Origin: Limisphaerales bacterium
GTDB lineage: Bacteria > Verrucomicrobiota > Verrucomicrobiia > Limisphaerales > JADLHS01
DNA length: 64,000 nt
Reading direction: 5' to 3'
Assembly (NCBI GenBank): GCA_044225555.1
Contig: JBGAIM010000001.1
Location: 476,479-540,478, forward strand
A program made the translations under genes and the position numbers. The notes beneath the pieces are model-generated. The model did not search any database. It saw only the letters and a program-made list of their open reading frames with translations, and had not been told where the DNA came from. Shown here in pieces: positions 37,357 through 47,972 of this stretch; within the stretch, counting starts at the first letter, position 1; each line of letters opens with the position of its first letter.

Positions 37357-37761
37357 CTATTGCAGCAGCCAGTAGATGAGCGCGACCTGGCTCAGGCAGA
37401 CGCCGACGATGAGCGTCCATACGAAACATTCGCGCAGGCGCAGGCCGCGCTGGCGGTTGTCGCCCAGCCGGAAACAGAGTTTGGCCGAGCCGGCGGTGAT
37501 GAGGTCGCCATTGCGCAGGCGCGCGGTCTGGACGGGGGATTGGTTGACGGTGACGATGGCGCCGGGATGGGCCGAGAGGGTGAAGCCTTCCGCCGGATTT
37601 AACGCGAGTTGAAAATGATCATCCCAGACACCGTCGTCCTCCAGTTTCAGATCACTCGCCGCGGCGCGCCCGACGTGTACAGGAAAACGGCGGGCGTTCC
37701 AAAAAACGCCCGCCTGTTTGCCGGAAAGTATCTGTAATTGGATCAATCGAAGATGTCCCAC
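37357..37761 (-). CDS. FHA-domain protein with C-terminal membrane anchor
   Basis: VHVGR...DL.L.DDGVWDDH, VNQ.PV....L.NGDLI..G; hydrophobic C-terminus. Confidence 0.8.
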   Translation of the reverse strand: MGHLRLIQLQILSGKQAGVFWNARRFPVHVGRAAASDLKLEDDGVWDDHFQLALNPAEGFTLSAHPGAIVTVNQSPVQTARLRNGDLITAGSAKLCFRLGDNRQRGLRLRECFVWTLIVGVCLSQVALIYWLLQ

Positions 37762-38438
37762 GGGCCGCGCATCGGGACGTCGATCTTGTCACCGGGGTAA
37801 ACCGGCAGGTCAAGTGACGGATCCTTGGCAGCTTTCTTACAGTCGAGGATAAACCTTTTTCCGTCGGCGCGGGTCAACTCGACCCTCCGTCGGGCGGCGA
37901 AATCCGTGAAGTCGCCGGCAGATTGAATCGCCTTGGTGACCGTGGTGGGCCCAATATAACTCTGGCGCCCGGGCGACCTGACCTGTCCGCCAACCGAATA
38001 AACGCGTTGTTCGCCCGTAACGATGACCGTGAGACGCTTGTAATAATCGGGGACATAGCGATCGTGAATGTCCTTCTGCAAATCGCCCGGAGTCTTGCCA
38101 ACGGCTTTGACCGCACCAATCAGCGGCAGGGTGATGGTCCCGTCGTCTTTGATACGCTCTTCATGCTGCGGAATATTATCGATGGTCCCGGAAAACTTCA
38201 CCGTAACTAGGTCGCCAATTGCGAAAACATCCGCGCGCTGCGTGAGAGCCGCAAGGCCCGGTGGTGGATTTGTCCCCCCATTGGTCGCCGGCACTTCAAG
38301 GTCGGGAGGAAGGGGATTGAAGGGAGGTTTTGGGTTTTCGGTGGTGCCCGCGCATCCGGCGACGAGCCAGACCGTCACAAGCAGCAAGCCGATCCATCCC
38401 GACCTTACCGCCATTTGCTGCCAATTTTTCTTATTCAT
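37743..38438 (-). CDS. Polysaccharide export lipoprotein (Wza/SLBB-type)
   Basis: Lipobox VAG-C; GD.V.V, DGTITLPLIG.V, V.GQV..PG, AI..AGDFTDFA, PGD.I.V. Confidence 0.9.
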   Translation of the reverse strand: MNKKNWQQMAVRSGWIGLLLVTVWLVAGCAGTTENPKPPFNPLPPDLEVPATNGGTNPPPGLAALTQRADVFAIGDLVTVKFSGTIDNIPQHEERIKDDGTITLPLIGAVKAVGKTPGDLQKDIHDRYVPDYYKRLTVIVTGEQRVYSVGGQVRSPGRQSYIGPTTVTKAIQSAGDFTDFAARRRVELTRADGKRFILDCKKAAKDPSLDLPVYPGDKIDVPMRGPWDIFD

Positions 38439-38464
38439 GAACCTTCCCTTAACAGACACTTTGC

Positions 38465-40630
38465 TCAGTACTTTTGTTTGATTTCCGGAGCAGACTTGTC
38501 CGCCGCCGGCCGCTCTTCTGCGGGCTCGGATTCCTCGTTCTTCGAGTAGTAATCGTGGTAGTATCCGCTGTAGTAGTAGTAACTCTCGTCCTGGGACATG
38601 TTGATGTTGTTGAGAACGATCCCCACCAAGTTGCCACCGACCTTCTCGATCAACTGCTTGGCCCGGATGTTCATCGGCTGCGGATAACGGCGGTATTGGA
38701 TAACCTGAACGGTGATGTCCACTTCGCTGGCCAGAATGGAGGCGTCGCTCACGCCCATGATCGGCGGCGAGTCAAAGAAGACGAAATCGTAGCGTTGTTT
38801 GAGATCACTGATGAGATCCTTCATCTGGCTGGAACTCAGGATACCCAACGAACTGCTGGGCAGCTTGCCGCTGGCCAGGAAATCCAAACTCGGCAGGTTC
38901 GTGGTCTGGATGACCTCGTCGAGTGAGTTCTGCTTGAGCAGGTAGTTGGTCAACCCGAGGTTGTTCGTCAGTCGCAGCAGCTTGTGCAGGGTCGGGCGGC
39001 GGAGGTCGGAGTCAACGACGACCACCCGCTGGCCGCTTTGGGCGAAGACCGTGGCGAGGTTCAACACGGTGGTGGACTTGCCCTCGCCCGCGCCGGCGCT
39101 GACCACGGCGACGGTGTTCAGCTTGTCGTCCTTGCGTGCGAACATGAGGTTGGTGCGCAAAACCCGGTACGCCTCGGCGTGTGGGCTTTCGGCGCCCTCC
39201 TCAATCAGATAGCCGACGTTCTGGGGAATCACTCCGAGCACCGGTGATTGCAACGAGCGCTCGACATCGTCAATGGTCTTCACGCTCGTGTCCAGATACT
39301 CGATGAAGAACGCAAGGCCCACGCCCACCACCAGCCCGATCACCACACCCAGAATGATGTTCAGCGGTTTGTTCGGGCGCACCGGTTTGCTGCCCGCGAT
39401 GGCTTTTTCAATAATCTCAACCTGGGCTGAACGGGGAAGGCGCAAGTCGATGTCTTCGAGATTGATCTTGCGGGTTAGCAATCGGCGAAAATCGATCATG
39501 TCCTCCAGTTCACGCTTCTTGTCGTAATATGGGCGACTCTTGGTCAGTTTGTCCTGGTCGCTCTTTCGGGCGGTCTCAACAGACTCGACCAAGCTATCCA
39601 GTTCCGATTTCAACATGGAGATCTGGGTCTCCAGCCGCTTCAGAATTCCAGTTACCCGCGCGTCGATTTTTTCGTTGAGCAGCTTCTGCTGCTCCGTCAC
39701 CCGGATGTACTCCGGATGCTTGCTGCTTATATCCTCCCCAAGAGACTTGGCTTTCTGGTCGGCAGCATTGAGTTCGTTGATCAGTTCCGTCAGCGTAGAA
39801 TCGACTTCCATGCCGGGGAGAACATCGCGCAGCTCTTTCTTGCTCAGCGCAGTCAACTGTTGAAACTGCTCCTTGCGTCCCGTGTAAATCACCTCGCGCT
39901 CGAACTTGGTCGCCATGTAGCGCTTGTATTCCTCGTTTTCGATCAGCGGTTGAGGAGCGGTGGAGACGGCATCAAAGTCCGAGATTTGCAGTTCGACACG
40001 CAGATCGGAAAGCTCTTTCGTGGCCTTGGCAATCTTCTCATCCTGTTCCTTGGCTCGCTCTTCAAGCGACTTCAGTCCCCCCTTTACCAGTTCGAAGCCT
40101 TTGTCGAGTCGCCATTGTCTGTAGGTCTCAGCAATCTGATTGGCCAGATCGGCGGCTTCCTTGGGGTTCTCACTGAACACCCGGATGTCAATGAGCGTGG
40201 TGTTGCGAACCGGACGTAGATCCAACCCCCGGCGGATGAACGCCAGACTTTCGGAGGTCTTGAGTTTGGTGCCGTCGTAATATCGCTTGCCCCAGACGTC
40301 GTTGAGGTTCATGACGTCAATCACCTTCCCGAGAATTGTCTCGGACTGGATGATCTCGAACTCCGTCTGGATGAAGTACGGGTCATAAGGGTTGAACCGG
40401 ACGCCCGCCTGGCTGCCGGTTAATTCCTCAATGTCCGACTTGTCGCGCTCCACCTTGATCCGGGCCGTGCTGGCGAAGGACTCCGGCAGAATGAAGGTAA
40501 CGAGGGTGGCAGTAATGACGACCAGCAGAAAGACGGCAATGATGACGGTCTTACGAATGCGGATGATCCGCCAGTAATCGAGGAAATGCAGCCGGCTTTC
40601 CTGTTGGGGTTGAAGTTTCAGCGGATCCAT
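38465..40630 (-). CDS. wzc: Polysaccharide co-polymerase / BY-kinase (Wzc family)
   Basis: N-terminal TM, coiled coil, P..P TM, EAYRVLRTNL, GEGKST, DSDLRRP, DSPP, C-terminal YYYYSGYYHDYY cluster. Confidence 0.93.
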   Translation of the reverse strand: MDPLKLQPQQESRLHFLDYWRIIRIRKTVIIAVFLLVVITATLVTFILPESFASTARIKVERDKSDIEELTGSQAGVRFNPYDPYFIQTEFEIIQSETILGKVIDVMNLNDVWGKRYYDGTKLKTSESLAFIRRGLDLRPVRNTTLIDIRVFSENPKEAADLANQIAETYRQWRLDKGFELVKGGLKSLEERAKEQDEKIAKATKELSDLRVELQISDFDAVSTAPQPLIENEEYKRYMATKFEREVIYTGRKEQFQQLTALSKKELRDVLPGMEVDSTLTELINELNAADQKAKSLGEDISSKHPEYIRVTEQQKLLNEKIDARVTGILKRLETQISMLKSELDSLVESVETARKSDQDKLTKSRPYYDKKRELEDMIDFRRLLTRKINLEDIDLRLPRSAQVEIIEKAIAGSKPVRPNKPLNIILGVVIGLVVGVGLAFFIEYLDTSVKTIDDVERSLQSPVLGVIPQNVGYLIEEGAESPHAEAYRVLRTNLMFARKDDKLNTVAVVSAGAGEGKSTTVLNLATVFAQSGQRVVVVDSDLRRPTLHKLLRLTNNLGLTNYLLKQNSLDEVIQTTNLPSLDFLASGKLPSSSLGILSSSQMKDLISDLKQRYDFVFFDSPPIMGVSDASILASEVDITVQVIQYRRYPQPMNIRAKQLIEKVGGNLVGIVLNNINMSQDESYYYYSGYYHDYYSKNEESEPAEERPAADKSAPEIKQKY

Positions 40631-40635
40631 AGTTC

Positions 40636-40671
40636 AAAAAAAAAGGGGCCAGTATGAACGACCCAGCCCCC
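40636..40671 (-). terminator. Terminator-like hairpin plus T9 ending 5 nt before the wzc start
   Basis: GGGGCTGG...CTGGCCCC followed by T9 on minus strand. Confidence 0.45.
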
Positions 40672-40692
40672 GAACAGTTACATCATGCGTTC

Positions 40693-41964
40693 TCAATAGC
40701 CAGCGGTCATACCCAAGTAAAAGCGATTACGGTTGTAGCTCTGGCCGGCAATCTCTGAATTGTTGTTGTCATAGTTATATCCGCCATGAACTGAGAGATT
40801 CGGCGTAAACTGATAAGCCAGATCGAGACCAATCTGGAAAAACAGATAGCTCTCACCGTCGTAACCAGGACCACCACCATTGTAGGTCGCATGCTGAAGC
40901 GTCGCTTTGGCGGTGCCGATGAGGTGCGCTACAATCTCATGTGTCAAACTGCCATAAACCAGCGCTACCTCGGTATCTTTGATGAAAGAATTGGCAGAGC
41001 CAACCCCAACTTGATCTGCCGCGCTTCGACTGTAGGAAAAGCCCGCGTCCATTGTGGTCGTGGACTGATACTGATACCGCATGTTAGCTACGACATAGGG
41101 ACTCCACTGGTTGCCGCCTGCGGGATCGCCGTAATAATCGAAATATTGCGCGCCAGCCTTGAGCGTTGCCGACAACGTGGGAGTAAAGGCATGTTGGACG
41201 CCCCCGTAAAAGGTCTGGCTGCGGGAATCCTTGCTGGCACTGTCGATTCCAATTCCAATCGGCTCATCGCCGGTATACAGATTCTGACCGTACATGTAGC
41301 CAATGATGCCGACTGTTTCGGGCCGCAATTTCCACTGACTGTCCACATGGACACGATTTTCGATCCGGTTCAATAGCGCGGCTGTACTGGGAGAAAGTAT
41401 GGTCCCGTCGTCGTCCGCATAGTTGTAATAGGCATTGTCATAGCCCACGTTGAATCCCAACAGCTGGGTCGCCTCAATATTGAAATTTATCGACCCATAG
41501 TTGACGATGTTGTCTCCGGGAACGAGTTGGACCGTCGAATAAGGTAGGTCTCCAGCGCGCAACATATCAGGCTCCTGACCCAGCGCAAAAGAGTCGTTCA
41601 CCGACATATCCACGCGCGGACTGAAGGTATGGTTAAGATAGCCTTGGAACGTGTGGGTAAAATCCCATTTGTCCGTCTGTCCCGCGGGTTGTTGCTCGTA
41701 ATACTTCGCCGAGAATTGATAACCCAGGTTGAAAGATGTCTGTTCACCCGCCAGTCCGAAATCGACCGAGGGGGTAATCTCATAACCCCAAGAAGATTCC
41801 TTGTCCTCCGTGGCGTTAATGTTGTCGTCGTAAAACCCGCGCAGTGAAGCAGCAACACTCCAAGGCTTCGAGCGTTGCATGCTGTTGAGTGCGGTGGCTT
41901 CAACGGCGTGAAGCGCGGTGGTCCCCAGCGCGACCAGACCCAAAGAGGCGGCGAATTTGTTCAT
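40693..41964 (-). CDS. Outer-membrane beta-barrel protein associated with EPS export
   Basis: Signal peptide, YDDNI motif, alternating aromatic beta strands, terminal aromatic (AGY); first gene of the wzc-wza cluster. Confidence 0.8.
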   Translation of the reverse strand: MNKFAASLGLVALGTTALHAVEATALNSMQRSKPWSVAASLRGFYDDNINATEDKESSWGYEITPSVDFGLAGEQTSFNLGYQFSAKYYEQQPAGQTDKWDFTHTFQGYLNHTFSPRVDMSVNDSFALGQEPDMLRAGDLPYSTVQLVPGDNIVNYGSINFNIEATQLLGFNVGYDNAYYNYADDDGTILSPSTAALLNRIENRVHVDSQWKLRPETVGIIGYMYGQNLYTGDEPIGIGIDSASKDSRSQTFYGGVQHAFTPTLSATLKAGAQYFDYYGDPAGGNQWSPYVVANMRYQYQSTTTMDAGFSYSRSAADQVGVGSANSFIKDTEVALVYGSLTHEIVAHLIGTAKATLQHATYNGGGPGYDGESYLFFQIGLDLAYQFTPNLSVHGGYNYDNNNSEIAGQSYNRNRFYLGMTAGY

Positions 41965-42233
41965 AGAATTGTTCGGTTGTTCCAACCCACAGACGACGTT
42001 TACTCAAAGGTTTATAGGAATTCGGCAAAACCTGTCAAACAAATGTTGTGTTTTTTTTCCACCGTTTCCTCGGGCAATCTGCCCCATAGTACGCTCCAAA
42101 CAAACGCCGTCAACGCACTCTTTGTGTCACCAAAGAGACAGCCCTGCCAACCCGACGTTCAATTTGAGATGCTCATTCCCGTCACCAAGTTCCCGAAGGA
42201 GGCCCAACCTGCACCCGCTGCGGCATGAGAAGT

Positions 42234-43001
42234 CTATCGGCTGGGGATGACCAGACTCTGGCCCACCCGCATCCGCTTGGGATCGAGCCCGGGATTCACG
42301 GTGAGCAATGCGTCCAGCTTAACGTTGTATCTTCGTGCGATGGCGGAGGGAGTTTCTCCGGCTTGAACGCGGTGCGTGCGGGTCGCACTGGCAGGCCGTT
42401 CAGCTTGCTGCACCCGGGAACCTGCGGTCGAATTCGCGACGGCGCGAACCGTGCCCCCAGGATTGGCGCTGTTGGCGGCCACAAGGGATGCAACCGGTGC
42501 CCGATTGCTACTCTGGATGACTTGTGCAGGGACAGCCCGCAAGCGGTCGAGTTGATCCCGCAACTGCCGGTTCTCTTCGGCCAATTGCTCCAACTGTCGC
42601 TGGATTTCTGTGGATGGCGGGATGGGCAACACCCCTTTGGCCAGCTCCTGCTTAAGCCGGAAAATATGCTGCCGGATGATTTCGGCATTGTCCGCGCCGG
42701 GGCGCAGCTTGAGAAATTTCTCGTAATGATAAATCGCCGTGGCAGGGGCCGACTCCTTCTCCGCGTAAAGTATGCCCAACTCAAAGTGCGCCGACGCGGA
42801 ACGGGGATTCGTTTCCAGCGCCTGCTCAAAAGCCTCGATCGCCCCCTGGTAATCCATGGCATTGACGCGACTGCGACCGATGAGGAACTGCGGCTCCTTT
42901 TCTTCATCTGTGGCCCCGGCCCCGGACGGTCCGCAACCCCAGAGGAACAGGCTGCCGAACGCCACCAAGCACAGGCGCAAGAGATTCTGCCACGACATCA
43001 C
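42234..43001 (-). CDS. TPR + coiled-coil + LysM lipoprotein
   Basis: Lipobox LWG-C; AI.AF.QAL..NP..A.AHF.LG.LY TPR; HRVQAGET...IARRY......L..N......VGQ.L.IP LysM. Confidence 0.88.
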   Translation of the reverse strand: MMSWQNLLRLCLVAFGSLFLWGCGPSGAGATDEEKEPQFLIGRSRVNAMDYQGAIEAFEQALETNPRSASAHFELGILYAEKESAPATAIYHYEKFLKLRPGADNAEIIRQHIFRLKQELAKGVLPIPPSTEIQRQLEQLAEENRQLRDQLDRLRAVPAQVIQSSNRAPVASLVAANSANPGGTVRAVANSTAGSRVQQAERPASATRTHRVQAGETPSAIARRYNVKLDALLTVNPGLDPKRMRVGQSLVIPSR

Positions 43002-43085
43002 ACGCAGACGTTAAACAAAAGGCCCCCGAGACGCAATCGCGGGTTGCTCACAGCTCGCCCAATGCGTTAGCGTGCTCACCGACGC

Positions 43086-43532
43086 ATGACGCGCGAGGAA
43101 CAATACGACGACGCGATGTTTGATTTCAGCACCGGCAACTTCGAGGGCGCGATCGCGAAGTTGAAGGCGATCCTGGTGGAAGCGCCGGCGCACTTCGACG
43201 CACAACTTTCACTCGGCATGGCGCACTATCGCAAAGGCGATTTCGCCGCCGCCATTGCCGAAGGCCACAAAGCCGAGCAACTCCGCCCCAAAGAACAGCT
43301 CGTTCATACCAATCTCTCCCTCTTCTACATGAAATCCGGCGATAAACAAAAAGCCGAGCACCACGGACTCCAGGCGCGCATCGCCTCCTGGCGGGAAGAC
43401 AACTCGCAGCCGGGCGACAAGCCGGCGGGTGATCCCGAGCTCGCTCTCGCCAGACCCGCTCCGCCGCCCCCGCAGCCGTTGGAGAAGATTCCGGACATGC
43501 CCTGGAAGAAAAAGCCCGGGGCACAGCCTTAG
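43086..43532 (+). CDS. Tetratricopeptide-repeat protein
   Basis: TPR patterns (G.F..AI..L, LGMAHY..GD...AI), Pro-rich tail. Confidence 0.8.
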   Translation: MTREEQYDDAMFDFSTGNFEGAIAKLKAILVEAPAHFDAQLSLGMAHYRKGDFAAAIAEGHKAEQLRPKEQLVHTNLSLFYMKSGDKQKAEHHGLQARIASWREDNSQPGDKPAGDPELALARPAPPPPQPLEKIPDMPWKKKPGAQP

Positions 43533-43568
43533 AAAACCGGGAGCCCATCACCAAAAACCTAATCCGAA

Positions 43569-43847
43569 ATGAAATCCGCCTACGAACTCGCCATGGAACG
43601 GTTGAACAAGACCGCGCCCACCACCAAGCTTTCCGCTGCCCAGAAAAAGAAACTCGCTGATCTCGAATCAAAATACAAAGCCAAGCTCGCCGAGCGGGAG
43701 ATCGCTTTGAATGATGAAATCGCGGCTGCGGTCGCGGCCGGTGAATTCGAGAAGATCGAAACGTTGCAGCAACAACTCGTCGGCGAGCGCAGGAAGTTTC
43801 AAGCCGAGTTGGAGGAAAAGAAGGAAAAGATTCGCCAGCCCGATTGA
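43569..43847 (+). CDS. Conserved-looking hypothetical coiled-coil protein
   Basis: MKSAYELAMERL start, charged helical 92 aa, in line with neighbours. Confidence 0.75.
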   Translation: MKSAYELAMERLNKTAPTTKLSAAQKKKLADLESKYKAKLAEREIALNDEIAAAVAAGEFEKIETLQQQLVGERRKFQAELEEKKEKIRQPD

Positions 43848-43985
43848 GCGACGCGCCCCGGAGCCGAGGGTGCGCTCGGCACCGTATTCAGGCCACGCAT
43901 CAGATCGCCTTTTCAAAACGTGCACGGTATTGACACGAATCCCCACTTTGAGAACCCTGCCGCCGGCTCACAGAGGAACTCTCGC

Positions 43986-44777
43986 ATGAACTGGTATTAC
44001 GTTTCCGACAGTGAACAGAAAGGTCCGGTGGCGCCGGCTGACTTCGATCGCCTCATTCAAAGTGGAACCGTCACCGGTGCCACTCTGGTCTGGCAGGAGG
44101 GCATGGCGGATTGGAAACCGTACGGTGAACTGCAAGCGCCGCTGCCGCCAACGACCGGGAGCTTGGACCGACCCGGGGCCGTTTGCTCGGTCTGCGGTCA
44201 AATCTTTCCATTGGCGGAAACCATCCGGTTGGACAACCAGCCCGTGTGCGCCAGTTGCAAACCGGTCGCGATGCAAAAGCTCCGCGAAGGCGTCACCAAC
44301 AACAACGCCGAGAAAATCCGGAAAGATCACATCAAACACGAAGCCTCGGTTAAATCCATCGGCATCCTGTATTTTCTCGCGGCGGCTTTTTTGATTCTGG
44401 CCGGCGGTTTGGGCCTGACCGCCAACCAGGGAGAAGGGGTCATTGTCAGTTTGCTTTTTCTTGCCATCGGCGTGGCGCAGATCTGGGTGGGCATCGGCCT
44501 CCGGGGTCTGAAACCCTGGGCGCGCATTCCCACCGGAATCCTCTCCGGTATTGGCCTGTTGGGCATTCCGGTGGGCACGCTCATCAACGGCTACATCCTC
44601 TATCTGATCTTTTCCCAAAAAGGGAAAACCGTGTTTTCAGAAGAATACAAACAGGTCATCGCACAAACGCCCCACGTCAAATACAAGACCTCAATCGTGG
44701 TGTGGATTTTTCTTGGGCTGCTGGTCCTCTTGATCTTGCTGGGATTACTGGCGGTGGTGTGGGGCTCGCACAAATAG
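43986..44777 (+). CDS. GYF_2 (DUF4339) + CxxC-CxxC zinc ribbon membrane protein
   Basis: WYY.....QKGP......LI..G......LVWQEGMADW; CSVC...CASC; several TM segments. Confidence 0.85.
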   Translation: MNWYYVSDSEQKGPVAPADFDRLIQSGTVTGATLVWQEGMADWKPYGELQAPLPPTTGSLDRPGAVCSVCGQIFPLAETIRLDNQPVCASCKPVAMQKLREGVTNNNAEKIRKDHIKHEASVKSIGILYFLAAAFLILAGGLGLTANQGEGVIVSLLFLAIGVAQIWVGIGLRGLKPWARIPTGILSGIGLLGIPVGTLINGYILYLIFSQKGKTVFSEEYKQVIAQTPHVKYKTSIVVWIFLGLLVLLILLGLLAVVWGSHK

Positions 44778-44797
44778 TCGGCGCGCCGGCGCACTGA

Positions 44798-46060
44798 TTA
44801 TTCGTAGCGCAGGGACTCGATCGGATCCAGGTTCGCTGCCTTGAAGGCCGGATAAGTTCCAAATACCACGCCCACGGCGGAACAGATCGCCAGGCCCAGG
44901 ATGATCCAATCCACCGGGACCGCGGGCGGCACTTTCATGAAGAAAGCCACCGCGTTGCCGCCGAGAATTCCCAGCACCACGCCGATCACGCCGCCCACTT
45001 CGCACAACACCACGGCCTCCACGATGAACTGCGCCATGATGTTCCGCTTCTTGGCGCCGATCGCCCGGCGGATGCCGATCTCGCGCGTCCGCTCCGTCAC
45101 CGAGACCAGCATGATGTTCATGATGCCAATGCCCGCGGCGATCAGCGCAATGGAACTCACCACCGCCACGCCCAACCGCACTGTGCGCGTGAAGGTGTTG
45201 AACTGCGCGATGAGCGAATCATTGGACGCGATCTCAAAATCATCCTCCGCGCCCGGCGGAACTTTGCGCGCCACCCGGAGCGCGCCGCGCACCTGATCCA
45301 TCGTATCCTCCAGGCTCGCCGCGTCGTGCGCCTGCACCAGGATGTTCAGACTCCGCGTCCACCGTCCGGCCCGGTTCAACGCCGTGGTGATCGGCACGAC
45401 GGCGAAATTGTCCTGCTGCCCGCCGAGCGATCCACCCTTGGGAGCGAGCACGCCTACAACGACGTAGTTGATGCCGTTGAGCTTCAACCGCTCGCCCACT
45501 GCCGAGCCGAACGGAAACACGTTCGTCGCCAGCGCACTGCCCATCACACAAATGTCGCGGGCATTGTCCACATCGGATTCGGTCAATCCGCGCCCCTCGG
45601 CAACCGTCCAGCCGCGCGCCGGGAAACTGCCCGGCGTCTCGCCCAGCATCTGCACCGTGGGCGCGGTGGATTTATATTTGGTTTCCACCTGACCGCCCCA
45701 GAAGTTGCCCTCGATGCCGACACTCGCCGCCAGCGTGGCCCGTTCCTCGACCCGTTTGCCATGCTCCAGGGTGATGTTTTTGCGCCGCCAGAATTTCTCG
45801 AAGCCCTCCGGCCCGCCGAAATAGATGGAGGGCCATTTGCGAATCGAGAACGAATTCCCACCCAACTGGCTGATCTGGCGCTCGATGTTGCTCTTGAGCA
45901 CGCGCATCGCCGTCATCGTGACGATGATGGAGAACACGCCGACCAACACGCCCAGCAACGTCAATGAGGACCGCAACTTGTGCGCGGCGATGGCATTCAA
46001 GGCCATGAAGAAACTCTCCTTGGCCTCGGCCAGCAGCATGGTTCGATTGCGTGGTTTCAT
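44798..46060 (-). CDS. ABC transporter permease (MacB/FtsX family)
   Basis: [54 protein letters not shown]. Confidence 0.93.
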   Translation of the reverse strand: MKPRNRTMLLAEAKESFFMALNAIAAHKLRSSLTLLGVLVGVFSIIVTMTAMRVLKSNIERQISQLGGNSFSIRKWPSIYFGGPEGFEKFWRRKNITLEHGKRVEERATLAASVGIEGNFWGGQVETKYKSTAPTVQMLGETPGSFPARGWTVAEGRGLTESDVDNARDICVMGSALATNVFPFGSAVGERLKLNGINYVVVGVLAPKGGSLGGQQDNFAVVPITTALNRAGRWTRSLNILVQAHDAASLEDTMDQVRGALRVARKVPPGAEDDFEIASNDSLIAQFNTFTRTVRLGVAVVSSIALIAAGIGIMNIMLVSVTERTREIGIRRAIGAKKRNIMAQFIVEAVVLCEVGGVIGVVLGILGGNAVAFFMKVPPAVPVDWIILGLAICSAVGVVFGTYPAFKAANLDPIESLRYE

Positions 46061-47283
46061 TCGGCCCTCAACGCGTCCACCGGATTCATCCGCGCGGCGC
46101 GCCAGGCGGGCAGGAAGCCGGAGATGACACCCGTCAACAGCGACACGAGCAACGCGATGGACACCACGAACAGGGACAGCTTTGCCGGCATGACTTTCTG
46201 CATCAGGAGCGTCACCGGCCACGCAATCCCGAGCGCAATCAAACCACCGATCACACAAATGCACGCTGCCTCGATCAGGAATTGCAACAGGATCGTGCGG
46301 CGTTTTGCCCCGATGGCCTTGCGCACCCCGATCTCGCGGGTGCGCTCGGCCACCGAGACGAACATAATGTTCATAATGCCAATGCCACCCACGAACAGGG
46401 ACAATCCGGTGATGAACAGTCCGATCCCGGCAATCGTTCCCGCCACCTGATGGAAGAATTCCACGAATTGATCCTGCTGGTTGATGGTGAAATCATCCGG
46501 CTGGTCGGGGGCCACGTGTCGGATCCGCCGCACCACCGCGCGGAGTTCCTCCCGTGAATCGTCCAGTTGGGTTACATCCTTCACTTTCACCGCGAGGGTC
46601 AGGTCGGGATTGTTGCGAAACCAGGCCGTGAACTGGCGCAGCGGCATGACCACGCGACTGTCCTGGTTGTCACCAAACGCAGACCCCTGTCTTTCGAGCA
46701 CGCCCACGATTTCAAACGTTCGCGGACCGACACTGATGCGGTTGCCCACCGCCAGTTCGCGCGGAAACAGGTTGGTCGCCACGTCGCTGCCAATCACGCA
46801 CACCGGCCGGCCGCCCGCCACCTCCGCCGCCGAGAGAAAGCGCCCGTCCGTCACGGTCAGGCCGCTGACCGTGAGATATTGTTCCGTCGTGCCGACAATG
46901 TTCACCCGGTCTGACCGGCGGTTTTGATATTTCACCGGGGCTGAGTCGTCCGCAATCGGCGCCACGGCCAGCGCAAAGGGCGACTGCCTGAGTAACGACT
47001 GGCACTGCTCCATGGTAACGTCGCGCCGCTGACGCATCTTCAACCATTCCTCATGCGAACGAATCATCCAGCTTTCCCGGCTCACATAGAGCACATCCGC
47101 GCCGAGCGTGGAGATGCTGTTCATGAATGACGCGTTCAGGCCCTCGATGGCCGTGCCCATGAGCGTGACGGTAACCACACCGATGACGATTCCCAGCGTC
47201 GTGAGGATCGCGCGCATCTTGTTCGCCCGGATGGCGCCCAGCGAAATCTTCAACCCCTCCCGCAGTTCGGTGAAGAAATTCAT
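46057..47283 (-). CDS. ABC transporter permease (MacB/FtsX family)
   Basis: [51 protein letters not shown]. Confidence 0.93.
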   Translation of the reverse strand: MNFFTELREGLKISLGAIRANKMRAILTTLGIVIGVVTVTLMGTAIEGLNASFMNSISTLGADVLYVSRESWMIRSHEEWLKMRQRRDVTMEQCQSLLRQSPFALAVAPIADDSAPVKYQNRRSDRVNIVGTTEQYLTVSGLTVTDGRFLSAAEVAGGRPVCVIGSDVATNLFPRELAVGNRISVGPRTFEIVGVLERQGSAFGDNQDSRVVMPLRQFTAWFRNNPDLTLAVKVKDVTQLDDSREELRAVVRRIRHVAPDQPDDFTINQQDQFVEFFHQVAGTIAGIGLFITGLSLFVGGIGIMNIMFVSVAERTREIGVRKAIGAKRRTILLQFLIEAACICVIGGLIALGIAWPVTLLMQKVMPAKLSLFVVSIALLVSLLTGVISGFLPAWRAARMNPVDALRAE

Positions 47284-47966
47284 GGCCGGATGATCTCATC
47301 GCTGGCAATCAATCCATCGCGGATGCGCAGGATTCGCCGCGCGTGCCGGGCGATGTCTTCTTCGTGCGTGACCACGATGATGGTGTTGCCGGTGCGGGAA
47401 AGCTCCTCAAAGAGCGCCATGATTTCCGTGCCGGTTTTCGAGTCGAGGTTGCCCGTCGGCTCATCCGCCAGAAGCAACGAGGGCTTGTTCACCAGCGCTC
47501 GCGCCACTGCCACCCGCTGACGTTGTCCGCCGGAAAGCTCGTTGGGTCGGTGATGCACCCGGTCCGCCAGGCCAACCTGTGCGAGCGCTTCGAGCGCGAT
47601 GCGCTTGCGTTCATCGGAACTCACGCCGGAGTAAATCAACGGCAGCTCGACGTTGTGAAACGCATTCGACCGCGCCAGCAGATTGAACGTCTGAAAAACG
47701 AAACCGATCTCGCGGTTGCGAACTTCGGCGAGGTGGTTGTCGTCCATCTGGCTCACATCGGTGCCGTTAAGTTCATAGGTGCCCGACGTCGGAGAATCGA
47801 GGCAGCCCACCAGGTTCATCAGCGTGGATTTGCCCGACCCGGACGGCCCCATGATGGCCACGTATTCGCCACGCTGGATTTCCAACGACACCTCGCGCAA
47901 CGCATGAACCGTCTCCGTGCCCATCTGATAGCGGCGCGAGATTTTTTGCAGTCGAATAAGGCTCAT
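47280..47966 (-). CDS. ABC transporter ATP-binding protein (MacB/LolD type)
   Basis: [37 protein letters not shown]. Confidence 0.96.
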   Translation of the reverse strand: MSLIRLQKISRRYQMGTETVHALREVSLEIQRGEYVAIMGPSGSGKSTLMNLVGCLDSPTSGTYELNGTDVSQMDDNHLAEVRNREIGFVFQTFNLLARSNAFHNVELPLIYSGVSSDERKRIALEALAQVGLADRVHHRPNELSGGQRQRVAVARALVNKPSLLLADEPTGNLDSKTGTEIMALFEELSRTGNTIIVVTHEEDIARHARRILRIRDGLIASDEIIRP

Positions 47967-47972
47967 GCCGCG

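Noticed and set aside
40693-41964. Lower GC of the beta-barrel gene as a sign of foreign origin
   Set aside because: Largely explained by Asn/Tyr/Phe-rich composition; the gene fits the operon context
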